From: Candidatus Omnitrophota bacterium
Lineage (GTDB): Bacteria; Omnitrophota; Gorgyraeia; Duberdicusellales; 4484-171
Length of the DNA stretch: 54,982 bases
Assembly (NCBI GenBank): GCA_017994375.1
Contig: JAGOLA010000002.1
Span: 1 to 54,982, forward strand
Direction of reading: 5' to 3'
The position numbers and the translations under genes were made by a program. Under the pieces are notes generated by a model that saw only the letters and a program-made list of their open reading frames with translations, was not told the origin of the DNA and did not search any database. Shown here piece after piece: positions 54,676-54,982 of this stretch (position 1 is the first letter of the stretch; each line of letters opens with the position of its first letter).

Positions 54676-54982
54676 CTAAGACAAGCTCTTTAAGGCTTTT
54701 TCATAAACTAAAAGTGTCTGTTGAGTTACTTTCTCTTTAGTATATTGAGACTCTATAATTTGCCTTCCGGTATAACCAAATCTCTGATTAAGCTTTTTAT
54801 CTTCTAAGAGCTGGCATATTTTTGCGGCTAAAGCCTCAAAGTCTCTTACCGGTACTATAAATCCGTTTATCCCGTCTTTAATTACCTCCGGCATGCCGCC
54901 CATGTTGGTAACAACCATAGGGTTAGCCATAGCCATAGCTTCAAGCATAGTCAAACCAAAAGGCTCAGGAGCGGTAGAAGGA
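54676..54982 (-). CDS. GT1/GT4-family glycosyltransferase, C-terminal part only. The 5' end lies beyond the window.
   Basis: The frame remains open to the window end and reads ...EPFGLTMLEAMAMANPMVVTNMGGMPEVI, the classic E-x7-E/EAMA motif. The track start at 54954 is only a TTG inside the gene. Confidence 0.8.
   Translation of the reverse strand, partial: PSTAPEPFGLTMLEAMAMANPMVVTNMGGMPEVIKDGINGFIVPVRDFEALAAKICQLLEDKKLNQRFGYTGRQIIESQYTKEKVTQQTLLVYEKALKSLS

Overview
This is an AT-rich bacterial window of 54,982 bp. The backbone is roughly 33-40% GC from hand counts of sample stretches. All recognisable genes except one (a PIN-domain gene, 32702-33286) lie on the minus strand. The standard genetic code applies, since TGA, TAA and TAG all serve as stops.

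Main content, left to right:
(1) Positions 1-9508 hold one giant minus-strand ORF of more than 3,169 codons that is still open at the window edge. It is missing from the supplied ORF track because it has no stop codon in the window. It has its own sigma70-like promoter and a c-di-GMP-I (GEMM-I) riboswitch with an intrinsic-terminator expression platform.
(2) Positions 9980-17342 hold the pilin and platform half of a Tad/Flp-type pilus locus. It contains tadB-like and tadC-like genes, a Cys-rich TadG-like protein and about 12 pilin/pseudopilin-like genes. Five of these are shorter than 60 aa and absent from the ORF track. A second GEMM-I riboswitch sits upstream of this block.
(3) Positions 17667-19112 hold a very AT-rich orphan HTH protein.
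(4) Positions 19334-25790 form a block of higher GC (about 43-48%). It carries an ABC-2 exporter and an arsenic/thiol-redox operon (DUF134, ArsP-like permease, ArsM, thioredoxin-like proteins, a CcdA-like protein, ACR3). This block splits the Tad locus.
(5) Positions 25831-32520 hold the assembly half of the Tad locus: a short CpaF-like ATPase, a fused CpaE/TadZ-CpaF ATPase, a secretin with a TonB-C-like tail, CpaB and a parvulin lipoprotein.
(6) Positions 32.7-55 kb hold housekeeping genes: DUF21-CBS transporters, a radical SAM enzyme, a PduO-type adenosyltransferase, folE, mnmE, folC, purH, a P-loop-less YchF-like protein, an EF-G paralogue, queA, smc, etfBA, purC, GTP-PEPCK and a partial GT1 glycosyltransferase.

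The most interesting signal is the riboswitch pair. Together they appear to gate a many-pilin Tad apparatus and an uncharacterised giant surface protein. No tRNA, rRNA or CRISPR array was seen. All calls come from reading the sequence and from motif memory; no searches were run.
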